The notes under the pieces were generated by a model. That model was not told where the DNA came from. It saw only the letters and a list, made by a program, of their open reading frames with translations, and searched no databases. From the NCBI GenBank assembly GCA_020860205.1, contig JAJBUU010000004.1, forward strand, positions 1-32,000: a stretch of DNA of 32,000 nucleotides. The letters run 5' to 3'. Numbering within the stretch: the stretch's first letter is position 1; every line of letters starts with the position of its first letter. Of the stretch, positions 15,877-25,433 are shown piece after piece. A program made the position numbers and the translations under genes. This DNA comes from Oscillospiraceae bacterium (GTDB taxonomy: Bacteria > Bacillota > Clostridia > Oscillospirales > Oscillospiraceae).

Positions 15877-17258
15877 ATGAAATCTTACCTCGTCACCATC
15901 CTGTCGAACAGCTATTTCCTGTTGTTCGTCACCGCTGCGTTCGGCGCGGCGCTGGGTAAAATCCGCATCAAGGGCTTTACCCTCGGCTCCACGGGCGGTA
16001 TCTTCACCGGTATCGTCATCGGCTGGGGCATCACGGAGCTGATGGATTCCCTCGCGGAAGATCCGGAAGTCGGAACCACCGCATCCTCGCTTGTCAGCGG
16101 CGGACTGGTACCCTCCGGGTTCATGATGTTCTTCCTGCTGCTGTTCATCTGCGCCGTCGGTCTTTCCGTCGGCAAAAAGCTCAAGACCGTTATGAACCGC
16201 AACTTTTTCAAGCTTATCGCAATCGGTATCTTCATTCCCATTGTTTCCATGTGCATGACGCTCGGTGTGCTGAAAATCGCCCCCACCTTCATCGGGGACG
16301 ACTACAACATCTACCAGATTTCCGGTCTGTATTCCGGCGCCATGACGAATACAGCCGCGCTTGGCACTTCCATGGAGGTCATCGGCAATATCGACGCGGA
16401 AACGCGCTATGAGGAGCTTTCCGATGCGGACAAGACGCGCGCGCTGGAGATGATCGGCGCAGAGGATACCACGCCGACAGACTCTCTGACAGAGGAACAG
16501 GTCGGCACCTTCCTCGGCAAGGCAAAGGCCAACGTCAGCACCGGTTACGCCATCAGCTTCCCGGTCGGCACCGTAGTCATCATCCTGGCCATGACGCTCA
16601 TCTCTATCCCGGTGAACAAACGCCGTCCCGCAGACTGGCGTGAGCAGACGCCGGAGGTGACAGAGGTTGTTGTGGACGTGCGCAAGCGCAAAAACCCGGC
16701 GCGGGCGGTTTCTTCTTCAACGCCGTCGCGTTCGGCATTACCATCGGCTGCGGCATCCTGCTCGGCAACATCGAAGTTCCGCTCGGCAACGGTGTTACCT
16801 TCTCCCTCAGCGCCGTCGGCGGCGTGCTGATCAGCGCACTGGTCTTTGGCAACATCTCCCACATTGGGCCGATCAATATGCAGCAGGATCCCAAAATTCT
16901 GGGTTTTGTCCGGGAATTCAGCCTTCTGTTCTTTATGTCCGTCATCGGCCTGAGCTATGGCTACGACGTGATTCATGCGTTTGCCAGCACCGGTATCTTC
17001 ATCGCAATTATGGCGCTGATCATCGAGAGCATCGCCATCCTGCTTGCTATCCTCATCGGCCGCCCGCTGATGAAGATGGACTGGGGCCTGCTCTGCGGCG
17101 CGATCAGCGGCGGCTGCACGTCCTCTGTCGGTCTTGGCGCGGCGCTGAACACAATGGGCGGCGAGGAGCCGACTGTCGGTTATGGCATTTCCCAGCCCTT
17201 TGCCATCCTTGCAAACGTCATCCTGATTTCTTTGTTCCACAGTTACATATTTATCTAA
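15877..17258 (+). CDS. AAE-family (YidE/YbjL / aspartate-alanine exchanger-like) transporter, split by a frameshift at the A5 run 16690-16694
   Basis: The N-half reads MKSYLVTILSNSYFLLFVTAAFGAALGKIRIKGFTLGSTGGIFTGIVIGW. After ...VDVRKRK the frame degenerates into ARAVSSSTPS.... The neighbouring frame, open from 16644, reads GAGGFFFNAVAFGITIGCGILLGNIEVPLGNGVTFSLSAVGGVLISAL..., which is the second repeat half. One extra A in the run restores continuity. Confidence 0.7.
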
Positions 17259-17305
17259 ACTCCGGGGGACACGGCGCCAAGCGCGCCGTGTCCCCCAAAA
17301 TGCGT

Positions 17306-17337
17306 GGGCGCTGCAAAAATCTTGCAGCGCCCTTTTT
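17306..17337 (+). terminator. Rho-independent terminator after the transporter gene, preceded by a second 14-bp hairpin at 17264-17296
   Basis: gggcgctgcaa-aaatc-ttgcagcgccc followed by ttttt. The upstream hairpin is gggggacacggcgc / gcgccgtgtccccc. Confidence 0.7.
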
Positions 17338-17522
17338 GCGGTTATTCGGCAGAGAATGCGGACAAGTGTGCGCATAAGGAATCACGCAAGGAGGGCACGA
17401 CCAACATGGCTGCCACGCGCCCTATATGTCACATTCACGGCTTTTCAGTGGTTTTTCGGTTTTTAGCCAAACATATAAAGGAACGAAAATTCAGCCGGGT
17501 TTATTACATTACTAAGATAAGA

Positions 17523-18107
17523 TCAACCTTTGCTCGTAAGCATCTCGGCTTTCAAATCCGAAACCTTTTTTGTTGTTATGCCGAGAAAAGAGGCGATAAA
17601 CTTCTGCTCGACCGCACAGCTGAGTCCGGGGTACGTCGAATAGAGCCATGCGATCTTTTCTTCCGGAGATTTTTGAGTCCGGATATTATTCAGCTTCGCC
17701 TGCTCTGTCAGACGCTGAATTTGCTGCGTCTGGAACCATGCGCGAAGCTCTGCGCTCCCGGCCAGCGCGGCCTGAAAAACGTCAACCGGAATTTGCAGGA
17801 CGTCGGCGGACCCGGAAACGGGTGCGATCGAGACCAGTGCAGGCTGATCCAATTCAAAGCCGCCTACAACAAAATCGCCATAGTGATAATAAAATCCGTT
17901 AAATATTTTCTTGCTTTTGCCGCTTGTGATGATGTAGCTGCTCAGAACGCCCTCGAAAAGGAAGGACACAACCGTTTGAATCTCACCCGTTTGCGCAAGG
18001 GTCGTATCCTTTCTTATCTTGCCTGGCTTTGCATTTTCTGCCAGCATATTCAAGGTGTCCTGATCCTGAATTTTCAGTGTTTCCTCAAAAAATTTTCTTG
18101 CAAACAT
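17523..18107 (-). CDS. Crp/Fnr-family transcriptional regulator
   Basis: 194 aa. The N-terminal part looks like a cNMP-binding beta-barrel. The C-terminal HTH-like segment is EQKFIASFLGITTKKVSDLKAEM. The start lies 9 nt after the stop of the upstream gene. Confidence 0.6.
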   Translation of the reverse strand: MFARKFFEETLKIQDQDTLNMLAENAKPGKIRKDTTLAQTGEIQTVVSFLFEGVLSSYIITSGKSKKIFNGFYYHYGDFVVGGFELDQPALVSIAPVSGSADVLQIPVDVFQAALAGSAELRAWFQTQQIQRLTEQAKLNNIRTQKSPEEKIAWLYSTYPGLSCAVEQKFIASFLGITTKKVSDLKAEMLTSKG

Positions 18108-18116
18108 AATTTCCCC

Positions 18117-19346
18117 TTAAACTCCTTTGTTTGAATTATTAACTAACCACCCCGACGGCACATATCTTCCATATGTCATCGCAGTGCTCGGTTTTGTGAT
18201 TAACGCTCCATCATAGACCATGCAGGATGAGGAACCGCCGTCCATGCACATGGCATTGAACGCATGGTAGCGCAGCATGATCGCCGCGCAGTCTCCTACG
18301 GTTGCGCCGATGCTGTAGCCGATTTGCCGACCGTCGATGATCAGCATAAGCGTTTTCAACGTGGAAGTTTGCCCGATGCAGGTGCGCGGCTGGATGCCAA
18401 ATGCGTTTGCATTTTCGGCTGTCGCGTCCTCGCCATTGAGGACCACGATCGGGAAAAACTGCGCCGCGTCCCGAAGCTCGTCCGTATTCAGACCGTAGCC
18501 AACGCGGAAGTAGTCATCGTAATCATAACCGCCGATTTGAAAATAGCCGTCGCTGGACGCGGGGTTGTATATCGTGCTTTCGGAAAGCAACAGACCTTCG
18601 GGGCTGTCGCCATAGCTCGTACCGTCCGGGTCGTAGAAGCCGTTGGCGTTGATCCCCAAAATCGCACCGTAGCTATCGCACATCTCTTTGATGGTTTCTC
18701 CTCTTTGGGAAAGCGAGCTTTTCCCAAGAAAAACCTGTGCGCTGTCGTTTACAATCGCAAGCGTGCCGACATAATTATCCCCATAAATTTTGGTGATCAG
18801 AATACCGTTGGGAATATCGATTCCCCAGACTGCATCGCCGGAAGCAGTCAAAATACCCGTATCCTCTATGTCTTTTGCCTGAAACCCGCAAAAGTCAGAA
18901 TATTCGGCAGGCAGGAAATCGTCCGGTACGGTTTCCATATCGATTTCCGCAAACATCCTTGCCAGCGCGTCCATCGGAACAGGGTCGCCGCGCGTTTCTG
19001 TTTCCTGTGTGTACGCGGTTTCCGTCTCAATTTCCGGCAGTTCGCTTTGCGCCACCTGATTATTTTCCAAAAACTCGTTTTGCCGGTTCATGACAGCATC
19101 GATTACACTTGCAGGGATGAACGCCGTTGCAAGCCATTGATGGGTCATTGTTGTCATGGCTGTTTCGATGTATATCTCACGCCATTTTTTCACGAACGGG
19201 ATATTTGAGAAAACCGCTGCGCCCCAAAGACCCACAAGCAGCGCAAGAACCAAAATACAGCTTGCGACGATGCGCCATGCGGTGGATTTTTTTGTGTGCT
19301 TGCTGTTTTTGCAGTCTCCCGATAATTTCAAAGAGTTCCGTTCCAC
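18117..19346 (-). CDS. Membrane-anchored phosphodiester glycosidase (NAGPA/DUF2233-like) family protein
   Basis: GTG start 8 nt after GAGGAA. N-terminal TM helix AWRIVASCILVLALLVGLWGAAVF. The C-terminal LMLIIDGRQIGYSIGATVGDCAAIMLRYHAFNAMCMDGGSSSCMVYDG resembles the DGR...NLDGGGS pattern of this family. Confidence 0.65.
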   Translation of the reverse strand: MERNSLKLSGDCKNSKHTKKSTAWRIVASCILVLALLVGLWGAAVFSNIPFVKKWREIYIETAMTTMTHQWLATAFIPASVIDAVMNRQNEFLENNQVAQSELPEIETETAYTQETETRGDPVPMDALARMFAEIDMETVPDDFLPAEYSDFCGFQAKDIEDTGILTASGDAVWGIDIPNGILITKIYGDNYVGTLAIVNDSAQVFLGKSSLSQRGETIKEMCDSYGAILGINANGFYDPDGTSYGDSPEGLLLSESTIYNPASSDGYFQIGGYDYDDYFRVGYGLNTDELRDAAQFFPIVVLNGEDATAENANAFGIQPRTCIGQTSTLKTLMLIIDGRQIGYSIGATVGDCAAIMLRYHAFNAMCMDGGSSSCMVYDGALITKPSTAMTYGRYVPSGWLVNNSNKGV

Positions 19347-19411
19347 AATTCTGTTTCCTCACTTTGATTGTTTTGAAATTTGAAAACGTCCTGCATCTCT
19401 GCAACGCAGAA

Positions 19412-19440
19412 ATTCTACCAAATTTTTATGGTTTTGTCAA
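19412..19440 (-). promoter_or_regulatory. Near-consensus sigma-A promoter for the 19346-17523 operon
   Basis: On the minus strand: TTGACA (19440-19435), 17-nt spacer ending in tgg, TAGAAT (19417-19412). Confidence 0.65.
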
Positions 19441-19638
19441 CATTTTTCGGATAAATAAAATCCAGCGGGCTTTTTGTCCAGATATGGCACAGCAAAAATA
19501 TGCCCTCCCGCAAGCACTTTTGGGCTTGAGAAGGGACGTCCTTCCTGTATGGCGCGGTGCAAAATGATGATCGCCGCATCGCATCTCAAATTGAGAACAC
19601 GGTGCGGCGATCATATCATGCTTCAGCCTGGAAGGAAA

Positions 19639-20340
19639 TTATGCGTCAGGCAGTTCGATATTCAAGACTTCTACAGAAACGAGGGTTTCAGTATCGTCAT
19701 AAATGAGTTTTACGACATCGCCAACCGAAATCTCCGTATCGGCAAAAAAATCGATGTCAACCGTGATGCTGACGGCTGCAACGTCCTCGTCCGGCGTTCC
19801 CGGCAAATCCTCCGGTGGCGCTCCATCGGGGTTTTCCGGCGGCGTCATGCTTTCATCCGGTCCGCCCTCCGGCAGCTCCGGCGGGGTCTCGTCCCCGTCA
19901 GTTTGGCGCGGCGCGGCTTTTTCCATTCCGTCCGCGTTGTTCAACGGGGCGCCGCGATTTTCACCGCGCCCTGCGGGAGCCATGCCGCCGACTTCGCCGG
20001 GAAGTGCAGAATCGTCCGGCGTTTCGGCGTCCGCATCGGGCTTTTCCGCCCGCTCAGGCAAAGCCATTCCATCCGCAGCATCCATATCGGCTGGCGGTTC
20101 CATGTGGGGTTCGTCCTCGTCGCTGCCAAACCCGATGTTGCCGTGTTGCATTCCACGGCCTCCGGTCAGCTCCAGTGTCACTTCGTCGTCCGCAATGTCA
20201 ACGATTCGAGCCACAGCGACCGTTCCGTGCGGCGCATCCGATTCTGCTTCCTCAGCGGCAGATACGCTAATCGCCATCGCCGACATAAGCGCTGCGCTAC
20301 ACAACACTGCAATCCCGCGTTTCAGATTTTTTGTTATCAT
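19639..20340 (-). CDS. Secreted acidic Pro/Asp/Glu-rich protein of unknown function
   Basis: AAGGAGAA SD upstream of the ATG. Signal peptide MITKNLKRGIAVLCSAALMSAMAISVSA/AE. A long low-complexity acidic core is flanked by short beta-like segments. Confidence 0.55.
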   Translation of the reverse strand: MITKNLKRGIAVLCSAALMSAMAISVSAAEEAESDAPHGTVAVARIVDIADDEVTLELTGGRGMQHGNIGFGSDEDEPHMEPPADMDAADGMALPERAEKPDADAETPDDSALPGEVGGMAPAGRGENRGAPLNNADGMEKAAPRQTDGDETPPELPEGGPDESMTPPENPDGAPPEDLPGTPDEDVAAVSITVDIDFFADTEISVGDVVKLIYDDTETLVSVEVLNIELPDA

Positions 20341-20522
20341 GGTTTTGTTCTCCTTAGATTGGATTTTTGGATGCAGACGGTTGCGTCTGAATCATCCAAC
20401 TAAGGCAACTATACACGCACGCGCTGGAAAAAGTCTGGAAGTTTTGTAAAGAGTTTGTAAATGCGGAATTGGCAAAAGGATGGTTCCGACCAAAAGGCGG
20501 GGCGTACCGTTTCATCCAATGC

Positions 20523-21875
20523 TCATTTCGCTGTCTCCGCAGCCATATACCGATAGAGGAACGTCAGAGCCTGCCCGCGTGTGCAGACCGCATCCGGGGA
20601 AAACAGAGATGCGGCTGTTCCGCTGCAAATCTGCTGCCCGGTTGCCCATGAAACAAACTCCGCGTAATTTGCGGGAACATCTGTGAACGTGGTTTTTCCT
20701 GCGCTCTCCGGCTTGCCCGCGTACAGCCAAAGCAGCTCAACGGCTAACGCACGGGAGCAGGGCATTGCCATGATCGAAGCGACATTGCTTTGAAACGCCG
20801 CCAATCCGCTCTCATAGGCCCATTGCAGCACGGCTGCGCTTTGGTCTGCACTGCTATGATAAACTGACGGTTCCGGCGACCCGGCTGCACGCCAGAGGAA
20901 TGTGAGAAACTGCCCGTATGTGCATGAATCATCCGGGGAGAATGTAATTTCTCCTGTTCCGTTTGCAATGGAATTTTCCACCGCCCACGCAACCGCATCA
21001 TAGTAATATGCATCCGTCGCCACATCGCAGAATCCCGTGTTGGGGTCAACGACGGGTTCACGGAGCTGCTTTTCATAGAGCGCAAGCGAGTATTCCGTCA
21101 GCGCGGCGCACAGTTCCCCAAGCATGGAAACGGAATATCCAACATTCTTTGTAAAAACCACAAGCAGAAAAGGCCGCGGCGTATATATGATCCCGCAGTC
21201 GTTGACGGCTCCCTCGTATGCGCCATATTTGTGTGCGATCTCGTAGTCTCCCTGTGTACTGCGAAAAAATTGTCCGGGGTGTGCCTGCTTCATGTAGTCC
21301 AGAAGCAGGGAATATTTCTCGGAATGTTCATACAGATATTGCAGCGTATGGATCAGATAGTGTGGGCTGAGCGTGTTTGTCTGATAGTAGCTGTCCGGCA
21401 GTTCGTCTGTTTCCAGACCGGAATATTTTGCGATCATTTCACGGTATTCCGTATAATTCAGGGAAAGCCCGTTTGCAAGCATCTTGGCGGTATCGTTATT
21501 GGAATATACGATGGTTGATTGCAGCAGATATTCGATACGATACCCGTATAGCATTGAGTCCAGGTTCAGCTCTCCGGCTTCGATTTTGTCGAGATAATAC
21601 ATCGCCAAAGGGAGCTTATACATACTGCCGGCGGTCATCCACGAATCCTCGCCATAATACCAGCTCTCGCCGGAGCAGATATCATACCAGCCGAACGCAA
21701 AATTGGATTCTGTCAGACGATATTTTTCCGCAAATTCAGATACGATTTCCTCCACGCCGGAGGCAATGCCGTTATCCGGTCCCAACGCGGCAGCCGCCGT
21801 CCGTGAAACAGGAAGGAAAAGCGTAAAAATCAGCAAAAACGCGACGAACGATGCTTTCTGTGTCCTTGTTTTCAT
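20523..21875 (-). CDS. Secreted class-A beta-lactamase-like serine hydrolase with two C-terminal SLH-like domains
   Basis: Signal peptide. SxxK motif (SMYK), SxN-like motif (YSNND) and KTG-like motif (HKYG). SLH-like segments FCDVATDAYYYDAVAWAVENSIANGTG... and FTDVPANYAEFVSWATGQQICSGT.... Confidence 0.65.
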   Translation of the reverse strand: MKTRTQKASFVAFLLIFTLFLPVSRTAAAALGPDNGIASGVEEIVSEFAEKYRLTESNFAFGWYDICSGESWYYGEDSWMTAGSMYKLPLAMYYLDKIEAGELNLDSMLYGYRIEYLLQSTIVYSNNDTAKMLANGLSLNYTEYREMIAKYSGLETDELPDSYYQTNTLSPHYLIHTLQYLYEHSEKYSLLLDYMKQAHPGQFFRSTQGDYEIAHKYGAYEGAVNDCGIIYTPRPFLLVVFTKNVGYSVSMLGELCAALTEYSLALYEKQLREPVVDPNTGFCDVATDAYYYDAVAWAVENSIANGTGEITFSPDDSCTYGQFLTFLWRAAGSPEPSVYHSSADQSAAVLQWAYESGLAAFQSNVASIMAMPCSRALAVELLWLYAGKPESAGKTTFTDVPANYAEFVSWATGQQICSGTAASLFSPDAVCTRGQALTFLYRYMAAETAK

Positions 21876-21900
21876 GTTCTCTTGATCCTGTTCCTCAAAA

Positions 21901-23145
21901 TCATGATTCAGCGAGCCGCGCGATGGCCTGCGCGCATCTGGAAAGGATCACCGCGCACTCCGCCCTTGTCAGTTCGGCGTTCGGCAAAAGCAGCCCTTCA
22001 TCCGTGCCATTGATGACGCCGCTCCAAATGGCCCAGGCAAAGGCCTCCCGCGCCGCAGGGGAAATCTGGTCTGCGTCCGAAAATGAGTTCAGATTCCCGG
22101 CCGCCAGATCCGCTTTTGGACAGCCGAGAGAACAGCAATACTGATACAGCATAGAAAGCAGCGCTTCCCGCGTGATGACAGCATTTGGCTCAAAGTCGAT
22201 AGATTCCGCTGGCGGGATGATCCCCTGGGAAAGTACATTGCGCATTGCCTCCGCGTACCATGCGCTCGCATCCAGATTCCATGCGATGCCGCTGACCGCA
22301 GCAGATTCGCGTTCAACCGTGTCCGCTGCGCCTGCTTCCGGCGCTCCATACATCTTTTCCAGGTTATAGAGCGCCTGTACAGCCATTGCGCGGGTCATGG
22401 TTCCGTCCGGATGAAACGCCGAATCCGTTTCGCCGGAAAGTAACCCGTTTTCATAGCAAAATGCTACGGACTCGGCCTGCCAGCTCTCATAAATGTCCGT
22501 GAACGGGTAGCGCTCCGACAGGATCGGATCGTCGTCGTATGTATGGTCTATAAATTGTACGATGCCCTCAAACGTATACGCGATGTAATAATTGCACAGG
22601 TCCTCGATCGCAACGGCGATCAATTCCCCTTCCGGCACTTTTTCTCCGTTCCATGTCGTGGCAAAGCTCTCTGTGTAATACACGGTTCCGTCTATTACCG
22701 CGTGAATGAAGAAAACATGACCATAGGTCGCCCCCTTCAGAGATGGGCTGCGGTCAAAGCAAACCATCAGATTCACAGCGTTGTCCGATTGGTCGATTGC
22801 TTCCAGCGCGGTTTTCAGTGTATACTCCCTTGCGTTGTATGTCCGAATTTCATATCCGCCGCTGGATGTGGCTTTGCCACTGTAAATGTTCCACTCCTGG
22901 TTCCCGTTTGCAACGATGTATGTATTGTTGATACCAAGTACCATCAGCGTACTGTTCACAGACATACCGCACAGTCCCTGAAATGACCCAACGTGTCCGT
23001 ATTCCAGCGCGACTGCGTATGTGCTTACGGCACGCGCCGATGCTTCATCTGCCTGCATTGGGATCGCCGCCGCTGTATTTGTCAAAAGACCGGTAATGAG
23101 CAGGGTCATCAATCCTGCCGCAGCAAAGTTTTTCCTGCTTCTCAT
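21901..23145 (-). CDS. Secreted protein with three C-terminal SLH-like domains and an N-terminal possible papain-fold (CHAP/NlpC-like) Cys-His domain
   Basis: Signal peptide. SLH-like segments FTDIYESWQAESVAFCYENGLLSG..., ...WYAEAMRNVLSQGII... and FSDADQISPAAREAFAWAIWSGVINGT.... The N-terminal GLCGMSVNS ... GHVFFIHAVIDGTVYYTESF only suggests a Cys/His hydrolase. Confidence 0.55.
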   Translation of the reverse strand: MRSRKNFAAAGLMTLLITGLLTNTAAAIPMQADEASARAVSTYAVALEYGHVGSFQGLCGMSVNSTLMVLGINNTYIVANGNQEWNIYSGKATSSGGYEIRTYNAREYTLKTALEAIDQSDNAVNLMVCFDRSPSLKGATYGHVFFIHAVIDGTVYYTESFATTWNGEKVPEGELIAVAIEDLCNYYIAYTFEGIVQFIDHTYDDDPILSERYPFTDIYESWQAESVAFCYENGLLSGETDSAFHPDGTMTRAMAVQALYNLEKMYGAPEAGAADTVERESAAVSGIAWNLDASAWYAEAMRNVLSQGIIPPAESIDFEPNAVITREALLSMLYQYCCSLGCPKADLAAGNLNSFSDADQISPAAREAFAWAIWSGVINGTDEGLLLPNAELTRAECAVILSRCAQAIARLAES

Positions 23146-23493
23146 CTGTTGTTGCCTGTTCCCCTCTCTTTCGGAAAATCATACGATTATCTGGGGCCAT
23201 TTCAGGGTTCTGATTTCCTGAGCAGCGCCTGTATACTACTTTACTCTTATTTTTTGGAAGATTCAAGCATTTTTTAGTGTGGAAATCAGATTCAGGGAAC
23301 ACCGCACAAGAATAAATCGTATACAGACCGGGGAGCGAACGGCATATCGTTTGGTAAAGCAAAAATCTGCGGCTGGGCGCGTAAAGCTGCAAACCAGTCA
23401 AAAAGGGAGGAGGGCGCAAGGGCGAACGGGCATATTTGCCCCTGCATTGCGGGGCGTCTCCTGCAAAAAGCGGGGAACGCAATCAGCGGAACG

Positions 23494-23534
23494 AAAAAAG
23501 GGCGTGCTGCCGGGCTTGGCAACACGCCCTTTTC
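23494..23534 (-). terminator. Rho-independent (possibly bidirectional) terminator after hom
   Basis: Stem aaaagggcgtg / cacgccctttt with a 16-nt loop. On the minus strand a run of six U follows. Confidence 0.65.
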
Positions 23535-23550
23535 TGGCGCTTGTATTGTG

Positions 23551-24732
23551 TTATTCCAGCACACGGAAGCGGTTGAGCACCTGCACACCGGAGAGATAAT
23601 CCTCCAGCGCGCGGGGCGTCATGCGCGGCGTGATGCCTGCGTGCTCCACACCATCGCTGACCGCTGGCGCAAGCTGCAATGCGGCGCTGCCGGTATAGCG
23701 GACATACCACGCGGACGGCACATCCATCGGGTCCACAAAGCGCTCCGGCTGTTCCTCCCCCCAGTCGATGAACTTGCGTCCATTGCCGCGGCGGAAGGTA
23801 TCCAGAATGTCCGCAACCATTGCGCTGGCGGTGGGCATACGACCCGCGCCCGCGCCATAAAACAGGCATTCGCCCACGGCGTTGCCCCTGACCACGACGG
23901 CGTTCATCACGCCGCCGACGGAGGAGAGAAGCTGCTCCTTCTGCACAAGCTGCGGCGCGACGAACGCGGTGAAGCGCTCTCCGTCCAGCCGGCGCGCATA
24001 AGCCAGCAGCTTGATGGAATATCCCAGCTTTTCCGCCATCGTCGCGTCCTCCAGCGCCACGCCGCGAATACCTTCGGTCGGGACCTTTTCCGGCGGCAGA
24101 TTGCTGCCGAAGCAGAGGTCGGACAGAATGCAGATTTTGCGCATGGAGTCCAGACCGTCCACATCTGCGGTGGGGTCGGCTTCCGCATAGCCCAGCCGCT
24201 GTGCGGCGGAAAGCGCAGCGTCAAACTCCTCGCCGCATTCGATCATCTGGGTCAGGATATAGTTGGTGGTGCCGTTGACGATGCCGTAAATCTCCTCGAT
24301 GCGGTTGGCGGAAAGGCAGTTCGTCAGCGGGCGCAGCAGGGGGATGCCGCCGCCGACGGAGGCCTCAAAGAGCAGGAAAACGTGCTTTTCCTTCGCAATG
24401 GCAAGCAGCTCCAGTCCGCGCTCCGCGATCATCTGCTTGTTGCAGGTGACGACGCTCTTGCCCGCAAGCAGGCTGCGCCGTACAAAATCATAGGCAACGC
24501 CAACGCCGCCGATGCACTCTGCCACCACAGTGACCTCCGGGTCATTTTCGATGATGGAAAAATCGTTGATCATCCGGTCGGCAAACGGACCGGACGGCGC
24601 TTTTGTTTCCAGAATATATTTCAATTCCACCGGTTCTCCGACGGCCTTTTCCAGAAGCGCGGCGTTATCCCGCATGATGATGGCGACGCCGCCGCCAACG
24701 ACGCCGCAGCCCAGCAGTGCTGCTTTTTTCAT
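23551..24732 (-). CDS. hom: Homoserine dehydrogenase with a C-terminal ACT-like domain
   Basis: ATG 24732 after GGAGGAC. The N-terminal MKKAALLGCGVVGGGV is a Rossmann motif. Conserved central regions include VVTCNKQMIAERG and LFEASVGGGIPLLRPL. Confidence 0.85.
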   Translation of the reverse strand: MKKAALLGCGVVGGGVAIIMRDNAALLEKAVGEPVELKYILETKAPSGPFADRMINDFSIIENDPEVTVVAECIGGVGVAYDFVRRSLLAGKSVVTCNKQMIAERGLELLAIAKEKHVFLLFEASVGGGIPLLRPLTNCLSANRIEEIYGIVNGTTNYILTQMIECGEEFDAALSAAQRLGYAEADPTADVDGLDSMRKICILSDLCFGSNLPPEKVPTEGIRGVALEDATMAEKLGYSIKLLAYARRLDGERFTAFVAPQLVQKEQLLSSVGGVMNAVVVRGNAVGECLFYGAGAGRMPTASAMVADILDTFRRGNGRKFIDWGEEQPERFVDPMDVPSAWYVRYTGSAALQLAPAVSDGVEHAGITPRMTPRALEDYLSGVQVLNRFRVLE

Positions 24733-24827
24733 ATTTTTCTGTCCTCCAAAGTAAAGTGGTAAATAAGATAAACGGTGTATAAAATATGATAGCGTATCTG
24801 AATACGCTGCCACCATTTTCCACGTGC

Positions 24828-25265
24828 CTAACCCGCCAAAATCTCCAGCCGCGATACATCCGGCAACGACTCGATCCGGGCGCAGAGCGCGTCCGGCGAG
24901 AGCGCGGTGTTTTCCGTGGTGAAGGAGATCGTGACCATCCCGACCCCGTTGGTCGGGATGGTCTGGTTAATCGTGAGAATATTTGCGCCGCTTTCGGCAA
25001 AAATAGCAAGGACGGAGGAGAGCGCGCCGGGCCGATCCTGTGTGATGATGGTCATGGTCAGGATGCTGTCGCGCTTCATGTCACGGAACGGCGTGATCGC
25101 GTCGCGGTATTTATAAAATGCGCTGCGGCTCACGCCCGCCATTGCTGCGGCATCCGCAACCGTGCGCGCCGCGCCGGTTTGCAGATATTCCTTGGCCTCG
25201 CTGACGCGCAAAAAAATTTCCGGCAGCACGGCCGCGTCTACAATATAACGGTTTGCATTGCCCAT
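24828..25265 (-). CDS. ACT domain-containing protein (UPF0735/PheB-like) upstream of hom
   Basis: ATG 25265 after GGAGGGA. N-terminal HTH-like VADAAAMAGVSRSAFYKYRD, followed by the ACT-like ILTMTIITQDRPGALSSVLAIFAESGANILTINQ. Confidence 0.7.
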   Translation of the reverse strand: MGNANRYIVDAAVLPEIFLRVSEAKEYLQTGAARTVADAAAMAGVSRSAFYKYRDAITPFRDMKRDSILTMTIITQDRPGALSSVLAIFAESGANILTINQTIPTNGVGMVTISFTTENTALSPDALCARIESLPDVSRLEILAG

Positions 25266-25433
25266 CTTTTCCCTCCGGGAAATGACCGCCGCGGAAATGT
25301 GTCCGCGACAAAAAGCCATTTGTCTACGCACGAAACATCATATCATAGCTTCCCGGAGAATGCAAGTATTTTTTTGCATCGGCGGCGCTGTTTTCAAATC
25401 CATACATATCCATATGCACAGGGAGGGAGCATT

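Noticed and set aside
17264-17296. Calling the 14-bp GC hairpin a terminator in its own right
   Set aside because: No U tract follows it on either strand. The adjacent hairpin at 17306-17337 has the canonical T run, so only that one is called.
23548-24762. 404-codon ORF antisense to hom. Similar antisense ORFs are 29693-30622, 27282-28148, 27779-28585, 18264-19208, 17304-18134, 16545-17375 and 19474-20449.
   Set aside because: Each overlaps a gene with clear family motifs, an SD and a start on the other strand. Their translations are low complexity.
24786-25433. N-terminal extensions offered by the ORF track. Examples are 24786-25433 for ytvI, 13035-13250 for mobA, 28648-29055 for spoIIAA, 28801-28908 for the ROK kinase, 29834-30007 for the dehydrogenase, and 6045-6179 / 7787-7921 for the rpn copies.
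   Set aside because: These extensions overlap neighbouring genes, promoters or repeat DNA and lack an SD. In each case an internal start with a good SD matches the expected family N-terminus.
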